A stretch of DNA of 64,000 nt from Acidobacteriota bacterium (GCA_963663035.1 OY760074.1:2624001-2688000); one strand, 5' to 3'; shown: positions 30,264 to 41,147, counted from the first letter of the stretch. Translations and numbers: made by a program. Notes: a model not told the origin generated them from the sequence alone.

Positions 30264-30695
30264 ATGAGACCATCAAGGATCTCGAAGGAAAAAGGCTTTA
30301 GCTTAATCGAGAATATGCTGGCCGTGGCAGTTCTAGCCATCAGCGTGCTGGCACTCGGTCAACTGATGTCAGTGGCAGTTCGGCAAAACGCCTTCACCCG
30401 GGTCGAGACCATGAGCACCGCTATCGCTCAAGAGAAGTTGGAGACACTCAGAGCGGTGTACAACCGGGAGCTGGAAACGGAGACTGCTTCGGCTGACCTC
30501 ACCACCGGTTTGCACGGGCCGCAAATGATGACGATGCAGGCACCCGCAGAGAGCAGCATGGGAGACAGCGAGTTTCAGGTCTCCTGGACGGTCACGATAG
30601 CAGGAACAACCAAAACCGTCGATGTGACCATAGAGCCCCAGGACTCAAACGAGCTGAACAGCGACTTGAACCTGACGACCGTTCTTGTGCCATGA
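30264..30695 (+). CDS. Type IV minor pilin PilV-like
   Basis: G|FSLIE motif; operon position. Confidence 0.85.
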   Translation: MRPSRISKEKGFSLIENMLAVAVLAISVLALGQLMSVAVRQNAFTRVETMSTAIAQEKLETLRAVYNRELETETASADLTTGLHGPQMMTMQAPAESSMGDSEFQVSWTVTIAGTTKTVDVTIEPQDSNELNSDLNLTTVLVP

Positions 30696-31351
30696 CCCCA
30701 TCGCGTTCCGGATTCCACACCTGCAGTCGCGGCTTCACCCTGATCGAAATGCTCGTCTCCAGCGCGGTGCTCGTTTTGATCGCGGGGGCCCTTGGTTCCA
30801 TTCTGTCCCAGAGTCAACACTCCTACAAGTCCCAGCAATCTATCCTGGAAGTAACTCAAGAAGCCCGGGCCGCCATGGATCAGCTTTGCGCCTATCTGCG
30901 ACAGGCAGGCAATGATCCGCAGGCCTATATGAGAACCAACAACATCCCACCCATTGAACTCCTGGGCGTCGACCACATCCGCATTAACAGCGACATTACC
31001 GGATCTGTGCCGGCTGCCGGAGGCGATCCTCTGGAGGCCACCGGAGACCCCGACGGGTCTTTGGACAACCTCTATGAACGGGTGGAGGTCCGCTACAATC
31101 CTCTCCTGGAGAACCTTCAATTGGACATCGGCCATGGAGTGGAGGTGCTGGCTGAAAACCTATACTGCGACTTCACTTTTTTTGATATCAACGGCAATGT
31201 CACCGCTGTAGAGGACGACATTGTTCGGGTTCGAGTCGAGATGGTGGCAGAGACCGAAGACATCGATCTACAGACAGGTAAGATCCACAGTATCACCCTG
31301 GAATCGGAAGTGATGCTGCGAAGTCAATCTTTTGACCTCTTTGCAAACTAG
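30692..31351 (+). CDS. Type IV minor pilin PilW-like
   Basis: G|FTLIEML motif, LRQAG; ATGA overlap. Confidence 0.85.
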   Translation: MTPSRSGFHTCSRGFTLIEMLVSSAVLVLIAGALGSILSQSQHSYKSQQSILEVTQEARAAMDQLCAYLRQAGNDPQAYMRTNNIPPIELLGVDHIRINSDITGSVPAAGGDPLEATGDPDGSLDNLYERVEVRYNPLLENLQLDIGHGVEVLAENLYCDFTFFDINGNVTAVEDDIVRVRVEMVAETEDIDLQTGKIHSITLESEVMLRSQSFDLFAN

Positions 31352-31374
31352 GACGAGTTTCTCGGAGAAATCTC

Positions 31375-32847
31375 ATGCAACATTTAAAGGATGAATCGGG
31401 TGTCTCTCTTTTGATCGTGACCATCGTTTCGATTCTGATGGCCCTCCTGGGAATGTCAATGATCTTTGACAGCATGACTGAGGTGACCATAAGCAATGAA
31501 CTGGAAAACCAAAAGAAGGCCCGACTGAATGCCGAAACAGGTTTTAGTACTGTCAAAGATGCACTGCGACAGACCAATCTGACTGCCGTTTTGCAGTCCA
31601 CAACCGACGTTCCAAGATACATGAACTACTCGGTTCCTGGCGCGGGCACGGTGGCTGAGGATTATTTTCTGCGCAACCCCATCGCTCCCAAGGAAGCGAT
31701 GAATATTGACTTCGAGAGTCCGCCCGCCCGATTGGCCACCCGAACCGTCAACGGCTTTCTGACACCTGGAGAGGGCACACCGCTGGCTTCTGGCGGGAGA
31801 TACTGGGCCAAGATCACTGATAACGACGACGGAGATGGTAATCTGACCACCGATGTGGATGGCATCGTCTATCTTCGTACCATCGGGATCCAAAGACTGG
31901 GAGCGGGTCAGATCACAACTTATGGGGGAACCGTCAAGAACTCTGTGGGCATCATTCAGTCCACCTTGAAGCGGGACCAGACTTTAGCTGCCAAAGCACC
32001 CTTCACCATCTATGGCCCCAACGCTGTGCCCTCACAGGGAGCGAACCTGTTTGCGGGAAACTCTTTTAATATCGATGGATTTGACCACCCCACCATGACG
32101 CTGGCCGACCTTCAAGCCGGGATCCATTCTCACACCACAGATGCAGATGGTGATGGCTTTCCCGATGATACGGCCGGTATTGACGCGGTTTTTGACAACG
32201 CCGGAGGTGGAGATGGCACCCCCCTCAGAGACACGATTCACGGTGATCTGAATGGAGGCCAGCTCGACAATATTGAGGGCAACCAGTCAGATTACGGTGG
32301 GGAACCTTCCCTGCGGGATGGCACCGACAGGGTCCGTAACGACCCCAACCCGGACGCCACCAATATCTTCAATGCAAGCTACCTGATGAACTTCATCACC
32401 AACACGGCAGCCGTGGCCGATGTCACGCTAGCGGACGGAACCAACTTCGGCGGCAGCGATCTTGGGACCGATGCAGCCCCCCAGATCACCTACTGCGAAG
32501 GGGATTGTAGACTGGGAGGAAACTCCAGCGGCGCCGGCCTGTTGATCGTCCGGGGAGAACTGCGCTTTCAAGCGGGCTTCTCCTATCACGGGTTGATTCT
32601 GGTGGTGGGAGAAGGAGACTTTAATATGACTGGCTCCAACGTGGGCATTTTAGGCGGGCTCCTTGTGGCCAAGACGATCTACAATGCTGGAGATGGCACC
32701 TGGAGCTACGGCACCCCCTCTTTTACCGTCGCCGGCAACAGCAACTTCTACTATCAGGAAGGCGGCGTTGGGCTGGGCTACGGTCTTCTGCCCATCAGAA
32801 AATTGAGTTGGCGGGAAGTGTATCCGGAGATCGAGCCACCCTATTAA
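31375..32847 (+). CDS. PilX-like protein with large Gly/Asp-rich C-terminal domain
   Basis: ESG|VSLL (no Glu5), ARLNAETG, C-terminal SWREV. Confidence 0.8.
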   Translation: MQHLKDESGVSLLIVTIVSILMALLGMSMIFDSMTEVTISNELENQKKARLNAETGFSTVKDALRQTNLTAVLQSTTDVPRYMNYSVPGAGTVAEDYFLRNPIAPKEAMNIDFESPPARLATRTVNGFLTPGEGTPLASGGRYWAKITDNDDGDGNLTTDVDGIVYLRTIGIQRLGAGQITTYGGTVKNSVGIIQSTLKRDQTLAAKAPFTIYGPNAVPSQGANLFAGNSFNIDGFDHPTMTLADLQAGIHSHTTDADGDGFPDDTAGIDAVFDNAGGGDGTPLRDTIHGDLNGGQLDNIEGNQSDYGGEPSLRDGTDRVRNDPNPDATNIFNASYLMNFITNTAAVADVTLADGTNFGGSDLGTDAAPQITYCEGDCRLGGNSSGAGLLIVRGELRFQAGFSYHGLILVVGEGDFNMTGSNVGILGGLLVAKTIYNAGDGTWSYGTPSFTVAGNSNFYYQEGGVGLGYGLLPIRKLSWREVYPEIEPPY

Positions 32848-32869
32848 TCCAGAGCCCCACCCTTCAGGT

Positions 32870-33403
32870 TCAGTTCGAGTGGACCGGATCGAGATCCGCC
32901 GGATCAAGATCCACCGGCTCGAGGTCTGCCGACTCGACGTCAGCCGACTCGAGGTTTTCCTTGGCCGTGCTCTGAACGGGGAAGTCTACAGCCTGTAATT
33001 CGTTCAAGACCTCCTCGAGCAGCTTGGAAAAGTCGTGAAAATAATCACCTTGCCGTAAGTTGCAGACCACTATCTCATCGGGATACTTCCTCTTGTGCTT
33101 GAGAACGATCTCAAACCGGCGCATCGGACCAAAAATCAGATGGCTGAACAAGACGCTGGTCATTGCAATAAAAAAGAGAGAAAGCAGAGCTACCCACCAG
33201 TGGCGGATACAAAAAATGAGAAATTCACCCATCATGGGCTGTATGCCTGCTGCGTCTTCACCGATCAACAGTGCCGAAAGAGCAGGGGATATCGATAAGC
33301 CCAGAAAGAGAACGGGAAAGAGCAGCGAGAAAAATGCGACAGTGATAGCAAAGCGCACCTGCTGCTTTTTGTCTATGAACTGAATCTTCCGTTTCGTTGT
33401 CAT
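32870..33403 (-). CDS. Two-TM membrane protein with acidic pentapeptide tail
   Basis: KRKIQFIDKKQQ, SHLIFGPMRR, LRQGDYF; tail LESAD-VESAD-LEPVD-LDPAD. Confidence 0.75.
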   Translation of the reverse strand: MTTKRKIQFIDKKQQVRFAITVAFFSLLFPVLFLGLSISPALSALLIGEDAAGIQPMMGEFLIFCIRHWWVALLSLFFIAMTSVLFSHLIFGPMRRFEIVLKHKRKYPDEIVVCNLRQGDYFHDFSKLLEEVLNELQAVDFPVQSTAKENLESADVESADLEPVDLDPADLDPVHSN

Positions 33404-33579
33404 AACCTCTCCTATCCTTCAGGCGCCTGCCTTGTGGCCAGGATTTCCCTCCGCCTGATCACTAAATACAGTGTAACAACAATTTCTCGGTGTTAGTGGA
33501 AATCGGCCCCGCTAGAGGCGTAATTCGGAGGTGTTGAATACGGCTGCTGGTTAGGAATAAAGAGCGTGCATAATTCCCC

Positions 33580-34158
33580 TTACTCTTTCGGGTTTGGTGG
33601 TAGATAGGCCCACATTGCTACTAGCAAGGCTGTTGTCCATAGGAGCAAGGTATGAAGCAGAAAGGCTGCAAAGCCTCGGAAAACCTCGAAGGAACCTGTC
33701 TCGTCGTTCCACACTTCAACTCTCTGGTTGGCCACTGCGTACGCCAGAAAGCTAAGGAAGCCCTGCGGGGCGTCGCCACCTCCTGACTCTAAGTAAAGAA
33801 CAAGATAGGGCAGATTGATCGCCACAAGAGTACCGATCAGCACCAGCGCTGTAGGTATTTTCCCAGGAGGATGCTCTTTCCGAGGAGGATACCAAAGCCG
33901 AACTAAGTCACCGATGAGATAGCCGATTAGGGCGGCAAAGATATTGGGGATCGCCAGGAAATGACTCACTCTGGGATACAACCACGCGAGTAGGATAACT
34001 GTACCGAATCGGGCGAGAGTCGGACTCCACCGGCCGCCATTCGTATCCCCAGGACCGCGCACAGGACCGACTGACAAACGATCCACTAAGTCCATGTGAC
34101 TGTCGGAACACCGAGTGAACCAAGCATGGTGTTCCGCTTTGCATTTAGGGCAGAACAT
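33580..34158 (-). CDS. Membrane protein with degenerate N-terminal zinc ribbon
   Basis: GAGG RBS; MFCPKC...RCSDS followed by about 4 TM. Confidence 0.65.
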   Translation of the reverse strand: MFCPKCKAEHHAWFTRCSDSHMDLVDRLSVGPVRGPGDTNGGRWSPTLARFGTVILLAWLYPRVSHFLAIPNIFAALIGYLIGDLVRLWYPPRKEHPPGKIPTALVLIGTLVAINLPYLVLYLESGGGDAPQGFLSFLAYAVANQRVEVWNDETGSFEVFRGFAAFLLHTLLLWTTALLVAMWAYLPPNPKE

Positions 34159-34213
34159 GGTCACCTCTCTTTCTGCGATTGGGTTAAGGTTGAGCCGGGC
34201 TTCGAAAACGGCC

Positions 34214-34240
34214 AAAAAAAAAGATCACCTTCCGGTGACC
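34214..34240 (-). terminator. Intrinsic terminator
   Basis: GGTCACC-GGAA-GGTGATC followed by T9 on the minus strand. Confidence 0.75.
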
Positions 34241-34343
34241 TGGGTCGCTTGGGTGGTCGTGGGGCCTTTGGCCCCCTGACCTTTGGTTCATTGGCCAAAG
34301 GTCTTCACGCTCCTTTTGATCTTAACCTGTCCTGACATCGTAA

Positions 34344-34868
34344 TCAGTCTTCCCGGTGCTGATTGACAATATTCTGGAAGATCTCCCGTATATGGGGCGC
34401 TTCCTCGGGAAATCGCCAGGAATCATTGCTCAAGACAGTCGGGTTTAGAAAAAACACTTCGCTCACTTCATGTAGCCAGTCCACGGGAACTGGCACCTGA
34501 TCCTTCGGGATTCTGATGATTGCCTCGTTGGTAACAGAGCAACGGAACAAATAGAACTGATTGTCGAATTCCTTCAGTAGTCTCCCAACGGTAACTTCAA
34601 CACCCGTTTCCTCCCAGGTTTCACGGTGAGCGGTACATTGGGCACTTTCTCCCGCTCTTGCCGTTCCTGCGGGGAGACTTAACTTTCCCGTCTGGCGCTG
34701 TCTTACGATGAGCATCTTGTTATCAATTACAACCATGCAACCCGAGTTACCTTGAAGCTGAGACTCCAGACCAGGAGCAATTTGGCATTCGGGCACCGCA
34801 TTTTGTGCAACACACTGGACACTTTCCAAGGAAAGGAGCAAAAGTAGACAGGCCGTTAGACTGCGCAT
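34344..34868 (-). CDS. NUDIX hydrolase with signal peptide
   Basis: PAGTARAGESAQCTAHRETWEETG Nudix box; GGAGG RBS; hydrophobic N-terminus. Confidence 0.85.
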   Translation of the reverse strand: MRSLTACLLLLLSLESVQCVAQNAVPECQIAPGLESQLQGNSGCMVVIDNKMLIVRQRQTGKLSLPAGTARAGESAQCTAHRETWEETGVEVTVGRLLKEFDNQFYLFRCSVTNEAIIRIPKDQVPVPVDWLHEVSEVFFLNPTVLSNDSWRFPEEAPHIREIFQNIVNQHRED

Positions 34869-35426
34869 GGCACCTCCAGATCGTTGTTTGAAAATAGGGG
34901 AAGGAGAGCGACTCCGACGGGCTAAGTACCGCAATCGCCCGGGAAACATGTGCGGATTGATTCGATAAAGCTTGAGAAGGAAATCGGTAGCAGAAAAAAT
35001 AGGGATGCTACAAGCAGGATTTGGACGGCTGGACTCCCAGCCTGCTAGCAGCCAAGAGATCACTTAAAGGGCTACTATACCACGAGACGGCCTCCAACAC
35101 ATAGACATTAATCTGACGCCCTTTCTGCGACTCAAGGCTCGAGGTTCATCCGCTTTGCCTACAAAAAGCCGCCAAAGAAGCCCGAACACCAAGGAGACAA
35201 AACTGACTTCCAAATGGCCTTAAATAAAAAATCTATTACCATTGCGCAACTCTCCCGCCTGGGTTAGAATGGAGTTGTCGAGGGGGGCAGTTTTTCGAGT
35301 TTGTTCACTCGACGCCCGGTAACGGCGCGGTGCAGTAGAGATCGCGAACCGCCGTGGGGGATCCCGAAAAGCCGAACGGGCAACACGCAATCGCTGCCGC
35401 CCTCACTCTTCTCCCCATCAACTTCA

Positions 35427-36994
35427 ATGAACCGGTTCCAGGAGCTACGCGGCACGACCTTCGATGTAATCGTGATCGGCGCTGGAATCATTGGCGCCGG
35501 CATTGCCAGAGACGCTGCTCTGCGCGGTTTGAAGGTGGCCCTGTTTGAAAAAAGTGATTTCGGCAGCGGCACCACCGCCGGATCCACGGCGGACTGCGTT
35601 ATCTGGAAATGCTCGACTTTCGATTGGTGCGTCTGGATCTACGGGAAAGAGAAACTCTGCTTCGCATAGCTCCCCATCTGGTCAAACCGCTCGATTTCCT
35701 CCTTCCCTTTTATGATCGCAGCCTCTCCTACCGGACGAAGATCAAGTTGGGAATGATGCTCTACGACGTTTTGAGCTATGACAAGACTCTCCCCAACCAT
35801 CGCTTTCTGGGCCCTTCCGAAGTCACCAGCATGGAACCGCGTCTCAAAAAAGACGGTTTAGGTGGAGCGGTCCTTTACTCAGATGCCAAGGTGGATTCAC
35901 CGGAAAGACTCTGCTTGGAGAATGTCATCGATGCTCGTCAAAACGGCGCTTGCACGCTCAACTACGCCGAGGTAGTGGGAGCCCTCCGCTCCGGCAGCAC
36001 GGTGGAAGGGGTGGCGGTTCGCGACCGCCTGGGCAGCGAAGAGCTGGAGGTCAGAGCCCACCTTGTGGTCAACGCCACCGGTCCCTGGTTTGATCGGATG
36101 GCCAGGGTCCTGACTGAGGCCCCTCAAGCCATGGTGCGCACCACCAAGGGCATTCACATTATCTGTCCCGCGCTGACCCAGCGAGCCCTGGTACTTGTTT
36201 CAAGAATAGACAAACGGCTCTTTTTCGTCATTCCCTGGCATGGCCACAGCTTGATTGGTACTACAGATACGGATTTTGACCAGGATCCGGCTCAGGCCCG
36301 GGCCACCGGGATGGATGTAAACTACCTGCTCCAGTCGCTGGAGGAGTTCTTTCCCCATGTGGGTTCCCAGATCTATTTCAGTGACGCGGGTGTACGGGCT
36401 CTGGTGATGAAAGGGGGCAGCGCATCCTCCGTTTCGAGACTGCATAAAGTTGTTGATGGGGAGGAGATGGAAGTTGGTGGTCTCGTCTCGGTGTTGGGAG
36501 GAAAGATCACAGGCTATCGAGCCATTGCCGAGGAGGTCACCAACCTGGTCTGTTCGAAGCTGCGAGTGAAACGATCCTGTGAGACGGCGACCCTTCCGCT
36601 ACCCGGGGCCAGCGGGACCCGGGTCACTTCTGTTCACGCCGGTATGACCCAGGAGGTGATGGAGCACTTGGATTCACTTTATGGAAGTCGAGCCCACCAG
36701 GTCTTGGAACTGGCCGACTCGGATCCAGAACTTCAGAGACCCCTGGCCGATGACTACCCGGATATTGCAGCTCAGGTGGTTTTTGCCGTTCGCCAGGAGC
36801 AGTGCCTGCACCTGGAGGACTTCTTGTTGCGTCGAACCCTGCTCGGTTTCACCCACGATCAGGGAAGTCAGGCCCTTGAGAAGACGGTCTCCCACATGGC
36901 CAGGGAGCTTTCCTGGTCAGAGGCACAAACCTCGGCAGAACTGCGATCTTATGAGCACTACAGAGCCCGAACTCAAAAGTTCCAGACGGACTGA
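35427..36994 (+). pseudogene. glpD: FAD glycerol-3-phosphate dehydrogenase, frameshifted
   Basis: VIGAGIIG...DFGSGTTAGST continues in another frame as IHGGLRYLE; VVNATGPW, KGIHI, GGKITGYR. Confidence 0.88.
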
Positions 36995-37043
36995 GCTCCG
37001 TCAGAGCCGTAGGCTTCGGGCGCGCCCGTTTAGCCTGCGGGCC
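36994..37043. repeat. Partial REP-like hairpin
   Basis: AGCTCCGTCAGAGCCGTAGGCT...TTTAGCCTGCGGGCC, homologous to 7301 and 19397. Confidence 0.65.
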
Positions 37044-37067
37044 AGGTGAGCGGCTCCGGTGCTGCTG

Positions 37068-37976
37068 CTACTTGCGGGGAAATTGATCGGGGTTGTCGGT
37101 AAAGAGAGCGTCGATGTCCAGGGTATCCAGGTAGTAGGCCATCTCATCTCGCACTTCGGAGAATCCTTTTCCCACCTCAGAGGCTCGAAAAGTGTAAGCA
37201 GTCACACTGAGGCTGGCCTTATGGGCCCAGTCTACAATAGCGGGTTTGGCCTGCAGAAACCTCTTGTTAGGGCCAATCCCGACGGCAAACTCCTGAACCC
37301 TCTGAAGTGCCGCCGGGGAGAGCCACTTTCTATTGCTTAGTCCCATCAGCAGCACCTGAGGCAGGACAGCTTTCCTTTCCATCGCCATCTTCTGCAAACT
37401 CTCAGCACTGAAGGATTGAATCACGACGGGAGTGTTTGAATCTGCGCCGGGTTGATCCAGACCATTCCTCTGGAGTTCCGCCAGCACCAGCTGTTCCATG
37501 TCGAAACCCTGTTCACGGTAGATCTCAGGGCTTTTGATTTCGGGAAACAGACCCGCCTTGCCGCGGATCTCGTCGATGGCCTCCTGCCAGGTTGGAATCT
37601 GCGCGCGGGAGAAGGGGGCCTCTCCCTCCCTGGACTGTCCCCTTTTTCCCTTAAACCAGGAACCAGCATCCAGCTTTTTGAGCTCCTCCAGCTTGAAATC
37701 GTGAACGAACCATTTCTTCCGAGCCACCCAAGCATGCCTGACTTTACGGTACCGGTCGGGAAAAACTTCTTTAACATTGGTGGTGCGTTCCAGAGTCAAA
37801 TCATGAAGGCAAACCAGAACACCGTCTTTGGTGATTTGCAAATCTTGATCCACGAAGTCAGCGCCCTGCTCGATGGCCAAACGGTAGGCCTCCAGTGTGT
37901 GCTCCGGGGCATACCCAGAGGCGCCTCTATGAGCGATCACCGTTTTCTTCTTGTAGGGAGCAAAGGCTTCAGCCAT
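37068..37976 (-). CDS. glpQ: Glycerophosphodiester phosphodiesterase
   Basis: [36 protein letters not shown]. Confidence 0.88.
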   Translation of the reverse strand: MAEAFAPYKKKTVIAHRGASGYAPEHTLEAYRLAIEQGADFVDQDLQITKDGVLVCLHDLTLERTTNVKEVFPDRYRKVRHAWVARKKWFVHDFKLEELKKLDAGSWFKGKRGQSREGEAPFSRAQIPTWQEAIDEIRGKAGLFPEIKSPEIYREQGFDMEQLVLAELQRNGLDQPGADSNTPVVIQSFSAESLQKMAMERKAVLPQVLLMGLSNRKWLSPAALQRVQEFAVGIGPNKRFLQAKPAIVDWAHKASLSVTAYTFRASEVGKGFSEVRDEMAYYLDTLDIDALFTDNPDQFPRK

Positions 37977-37991
37977 CTCGTAAATTTCCCC

Positions 37992-38288
37992 CTATCCCTT
38001 AACCCCCAGAATCCCTCCCGACCACACCAGCAGCACAAGATAGATCACTACAAGAACCCAAGTTGCCCCGGCAGCAGCATAACCACACCCCCTTTTGATC
38101 GACAGCTTCCGTCGCCAGAAGACCAAGAAGAGAACGAAATACACCAGTGACCAAATCATCCACGGGATGAGCAACAGCAGGTCCTTTTCTCCCCCACCAA
38201 AGTTCAGGTAACTATCGGCGATGAGAAAGCCCAACAGCGGCGTAAGGGCAAGTGGAAGGATACAGAGGATCAGGCGAAGAATAAGCAT
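37992..38288 (-). CDS. Small 3-TM membrane protein
   Basis: LNFGGGEKD loop between hydrophobic helices. Confidence 0.7.
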   Translation of the reverse strand: MLILRLILCILPLALTPLLGFLIADSYLNFGGGEKDLLLLIPWMIWSLVYFVLFLVFWRRKLSIKRGCGYAAAGATWVLVVIYLVLLVWSGGILGVKG

Positions 38289-38391
38289 ATCTGAGCAAAG
38301 TTTAGAGTATCAGCTCCCAGGAAAATGTGGGGACGTCTCCCATCTTTCCTTGCTGTCGTGGGAGGCACCTCAGGTGCCGAATTTTCAACCG

Positions 38392-39612
38392 CTACCCTAC
38401 CCCGTTCCGACTCAACTGGAACACTCGCCGCACCCACCCGCCCTTGAGACGAGTCAATGGTTTCCAGCCTTTGATGGTCAGCGATTCAAGATCCGTCGGG
38501 TAATGAGACAACAACTCACAGCCCCCTTTGGTGACAAGAACCGTGTCGGAATGCCGGAGGCCACCCACTCCTTTCAGGTAGATTCCCGGCTCAATGCTGA
38601 TTACCATATTCTCAGCCAGAATATCCGGGCTACCCTCCGCGATCCAGGGGGCCTCGTGATTTCCCAGACCGATCCCATGGCCGGTTCGGTGCAGCCGCAC
38701 CTCTTCGCCGCTGTACCCCTCCTGAGCAAGGAAACGATTGACGGCCGAATCCACTTCGCTGCAAGGAACGCCTGCCCGAACCTTCTTGAGGGCTATACGG
38801 CGGGCCTGTCTCATCGCCTCGAAGGTCTCCCTAATCTCCGCGGATGGCGGAGTGGTGAAGTAGGTCCGCTCACTCTCGGCCGCATAGCCATTTACCCGGC
38901 TGAGCACCAAGGCTACATGCGGGCCTCCCTCCAGCCGATCGCGCAAGTCGGGAACCGAATGCGGTTGTGCGCTGCGAGGGGCGGTCCACGTCGCCATAGT
39001 CACTTTCGTTGTCAACGGCTCCCAATCATCCACCTCGCGGATGATCCTCAAGGTGACGCCCCGGGTTTGTGCAAAGCCCTCGGCAACGGTGGCACCGTAG
39101 TACGAAGCCGCCAAGAGACGCTCAACCCCGGAATCTGCATAGCCAGCCGCGCGTCGGATCAACGCGATCTCGGTGTCAGACTTGATCAGGCGCAACCGTT
39201 CCACCAGTGCCTCGATGCGAAGTGTGTAGTCCTTCAGTTGTAATGCAATCTCCTGGGGGAGAGTGGGCTCCACTCCAATCTCTCTGGCATCGTCAATCAG
39301 CTCGCGAAGCTTCTCTGGCCATCCACGAGCAGACGGGGCCGGATATTCCCAGTAGGTTCGGATGTCCTGATCCTTGATGTTGTGAGCCTCCCTCATGTGC
39401 TCCTCTTCAAGCTTTGGAACCAACAGGATGGGAGCCTGTCGAGGACAAATCAGGAGAAAGAACGGCCTCTCCAGCGGTTCGAATCCGGCACCGGTCAGGT
39501 AGTAGATGCTGTCGAGCGCCGAAACGATGAACAGATCCAGGCCGGCTTCCGCCACGCTGGCCTGGAGTGATTCCAGGCGCCCTTGATATTCGTGAGTGGT
39601 GATTCGCAGCAT
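38392..39612 (-). CDS. Xaa-Pro peptidase family (M24) protein
   Basis: RLIKS..EI, HRTGHGIGLGNHEAP, ISIEPGIY, RHSDTV. Confidence 0.9.
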   Translation of the reverse strand: MLRITTHEYQGRLESLQASVAEAGLDLFIVSALDSIYYLTGAGFEPLERPFFLLICPRQAPILLVPKLEEEHMREAHNIKDQDIRTYWEYPAPSARGWPEKLRELIDDAREIGVEPTLPQEIALQLKDYTLRIEALVERLRLIKSDTEIALIRRAAGYADSGVERLLAASYYGATVAEGFAQTRGVTLRIIREVDDWEPLTTKVTMATWTAPRSAQPHSVPDLRDRLEGGPHVALVLSRVNGYAAESERTYFTTPPSAEIRETFEAMRQARRIALKKVRAGVPCSEVDSAVNRFLAQEGYSGEEVRLHRTGHGIGLGNHEAPWIAEGSPDILAENMVISIEPGIYLKGVGGLRHSDTVLVTKGGCELLSHYPTDLESLTIKGWKPLTRLKGGWVRRVFQLSRNGVG

Positions 39613-39632
39613 TTGTCTATCCTTTCGCTACC

Positions 39633-41102
39633 TCACCCTGCCGAATTGCGAATCTGTTGGATAAAAAAGCGGATGATTTCCAGATAGTTTTCTACCGCGA
39701 TGCGCTCGTTGACTCCGTGAAGCAGGGTAAGACTTTCATTGTTCAGCCGGGTGGGAATGAACCGAAAAGTATTCTCTGTAATTTCTCCATACTTTCGCGA
39801 ATCGGTGGCACCGGTTGTTATAAAAGGAGCAACCAGAACACCGGGGAAAACTTCGCCAATCGTCCGCTGCAATGTTTTGAAAGCCACCGATTCGGTATCG
39901 GAGACCGCGGGTGCTTCCCAGGTCTTTCCGCTCTCGCCGTACTCAACGCGAAAATCATTCACGGTGGCCTGCACGTGCTCCAGCACTTGGGCAGAAGTGT
40001 GACCAGGCAACATTCGAAAGTTGACCACGGCCCGAGCGCGGGTCGGCAAGACATTTCTGGCGATGCCACCCTCCATCATGGTGGCTGCAGTCGTCGTACG
40101 GATGATCGCATTCGTGGAAAGGCTTTCTGCAAATTGACGCTTGATGAGCGGACCAAACAACCAGCGGTTTGAAATGACCATTCTCTGGGCGATGGCCATT
40201 TCGGGACCCAGGTAGTCCAGCATCAGCCCTGTGGCACCTCCCAACTGGGAGGGAAATGGGTTGGACTCCAGCTCTTGAATAGCGGCGGCAACAATACCCA
40301 CGGCAGTTTGGGGTGGTGGCATCGAGGAGTGGCCTCCAGTACCTTGGGCGGTCAAGGTAAGATCGAGGTAACCCTTCTCTGCAACCGCCACATAGGCAAC
40401 CGGCACGGCAATTCCGGGAAGAAGGTCCTCTCCCAGAATCCCGCCCTCATCGATTACATATTCCAGTCGGACGCCCCGCTCCTTGAGTGTGGCGGCCATT
40501 CGCGCATTACCATTCGCCCCACCCACTTCTTCGTCGTGGCCAAATGCCAGATAGATATCACGGGAGGGCTGGAACCCTTCGGTAAGAAGAAATTCCACCG
40601 CTTCCAGAATCCCTACGGCTCCGCACTTAATATCCAGAGTACCCCGACCCCAAATAAGCCCGTCGGCCAGATCTCCTCCAAAAGGAGGGTGTTCCCACTC
40701 GTCCCGGGTTGCAGGATCTACGGGAACCACATCGATGTGGGACATGAGAAGAATCGGTTGGCGTGAGGAATCACTTCCCTTCCAGGAATAAAGGAGACTG
40801 TAATCCCCGATGACTTCCCTCTCTAGAGTGGTATGCACCTTGGGAAAGGCTTGCGCCAAGTAGGCATGCAGAGCCAGGAAGGGCTCAGCATTGAACTTCG
40901 AGGAGTCCTCATAGGAAACCGTTTCAAATTGCAAAACCCGACGGAAACGGCCCACTGCTCCCTCCTCATCCAGGTCCACCGCTTCGATCGGCTGCACCGC
41001 CATCTGCTTGCTGGTCAAAAGCACCGTGTTGATGGCTACGACTACAATCAAAATGACGATGATCACAACTCCTGCAAGGAACAATTTCTTTATGCTACTC
41101 AT
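39633..41102 (-). CDS. M20 peptidase (carboxypeptidase S/PM20D1-like)
   Basis: SHIDVVP, GRGTLDIK, GHDEE, DEGG, GGHSS, HGVNE. Confidence 0.9.
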   Translation of the reverse strand: MSSIKKLFLAGVVIIVILIVVVAINTVLLTSKQMAVQPIEAVDLDEEGAVGRFRRVLQFETVSYEDSSKFNAEPFLALHAYLAQAFPKVHTTLEREVIGDYSLLYSWKGSDSSRQPILLMSHIDVVPVDPATRDEWEHPPFGGDLADGLIWGRGTLDIKCGAVGILEAVEFLLTEGFQPSRDIYLAFGHDEEVGGANGNARMAATLKERGVRLEYVIDEGGILGEDLLPGIAVPVAYVAVAEKGYLDLTLTAQGTGGHSSMPPPQTAVGIVAAAIQELESNPFPSQLGGATGLMLDYLGPEMAIAQRMVISNRWLFGPLIKRQFAESLSTNAIIRTTTAATMMEGGIARNVLPTRARAVVNFRMLPGHTSAQVLEHVQATVNDFRVEYGESGKTWEAPAVSDTESVAFKTLQRTIGEVFPGVLVAPFITTGATDSRKYGEITENTFRFIPTRLNNESLTLLHGVNERIAVENYLEIIRFFIQQIRNSAG

Positions 41103-41147
41103 GACTCTAGCCTCCTTTGGTAAAAAGGGACTGTCCCCTCTTTCCTA

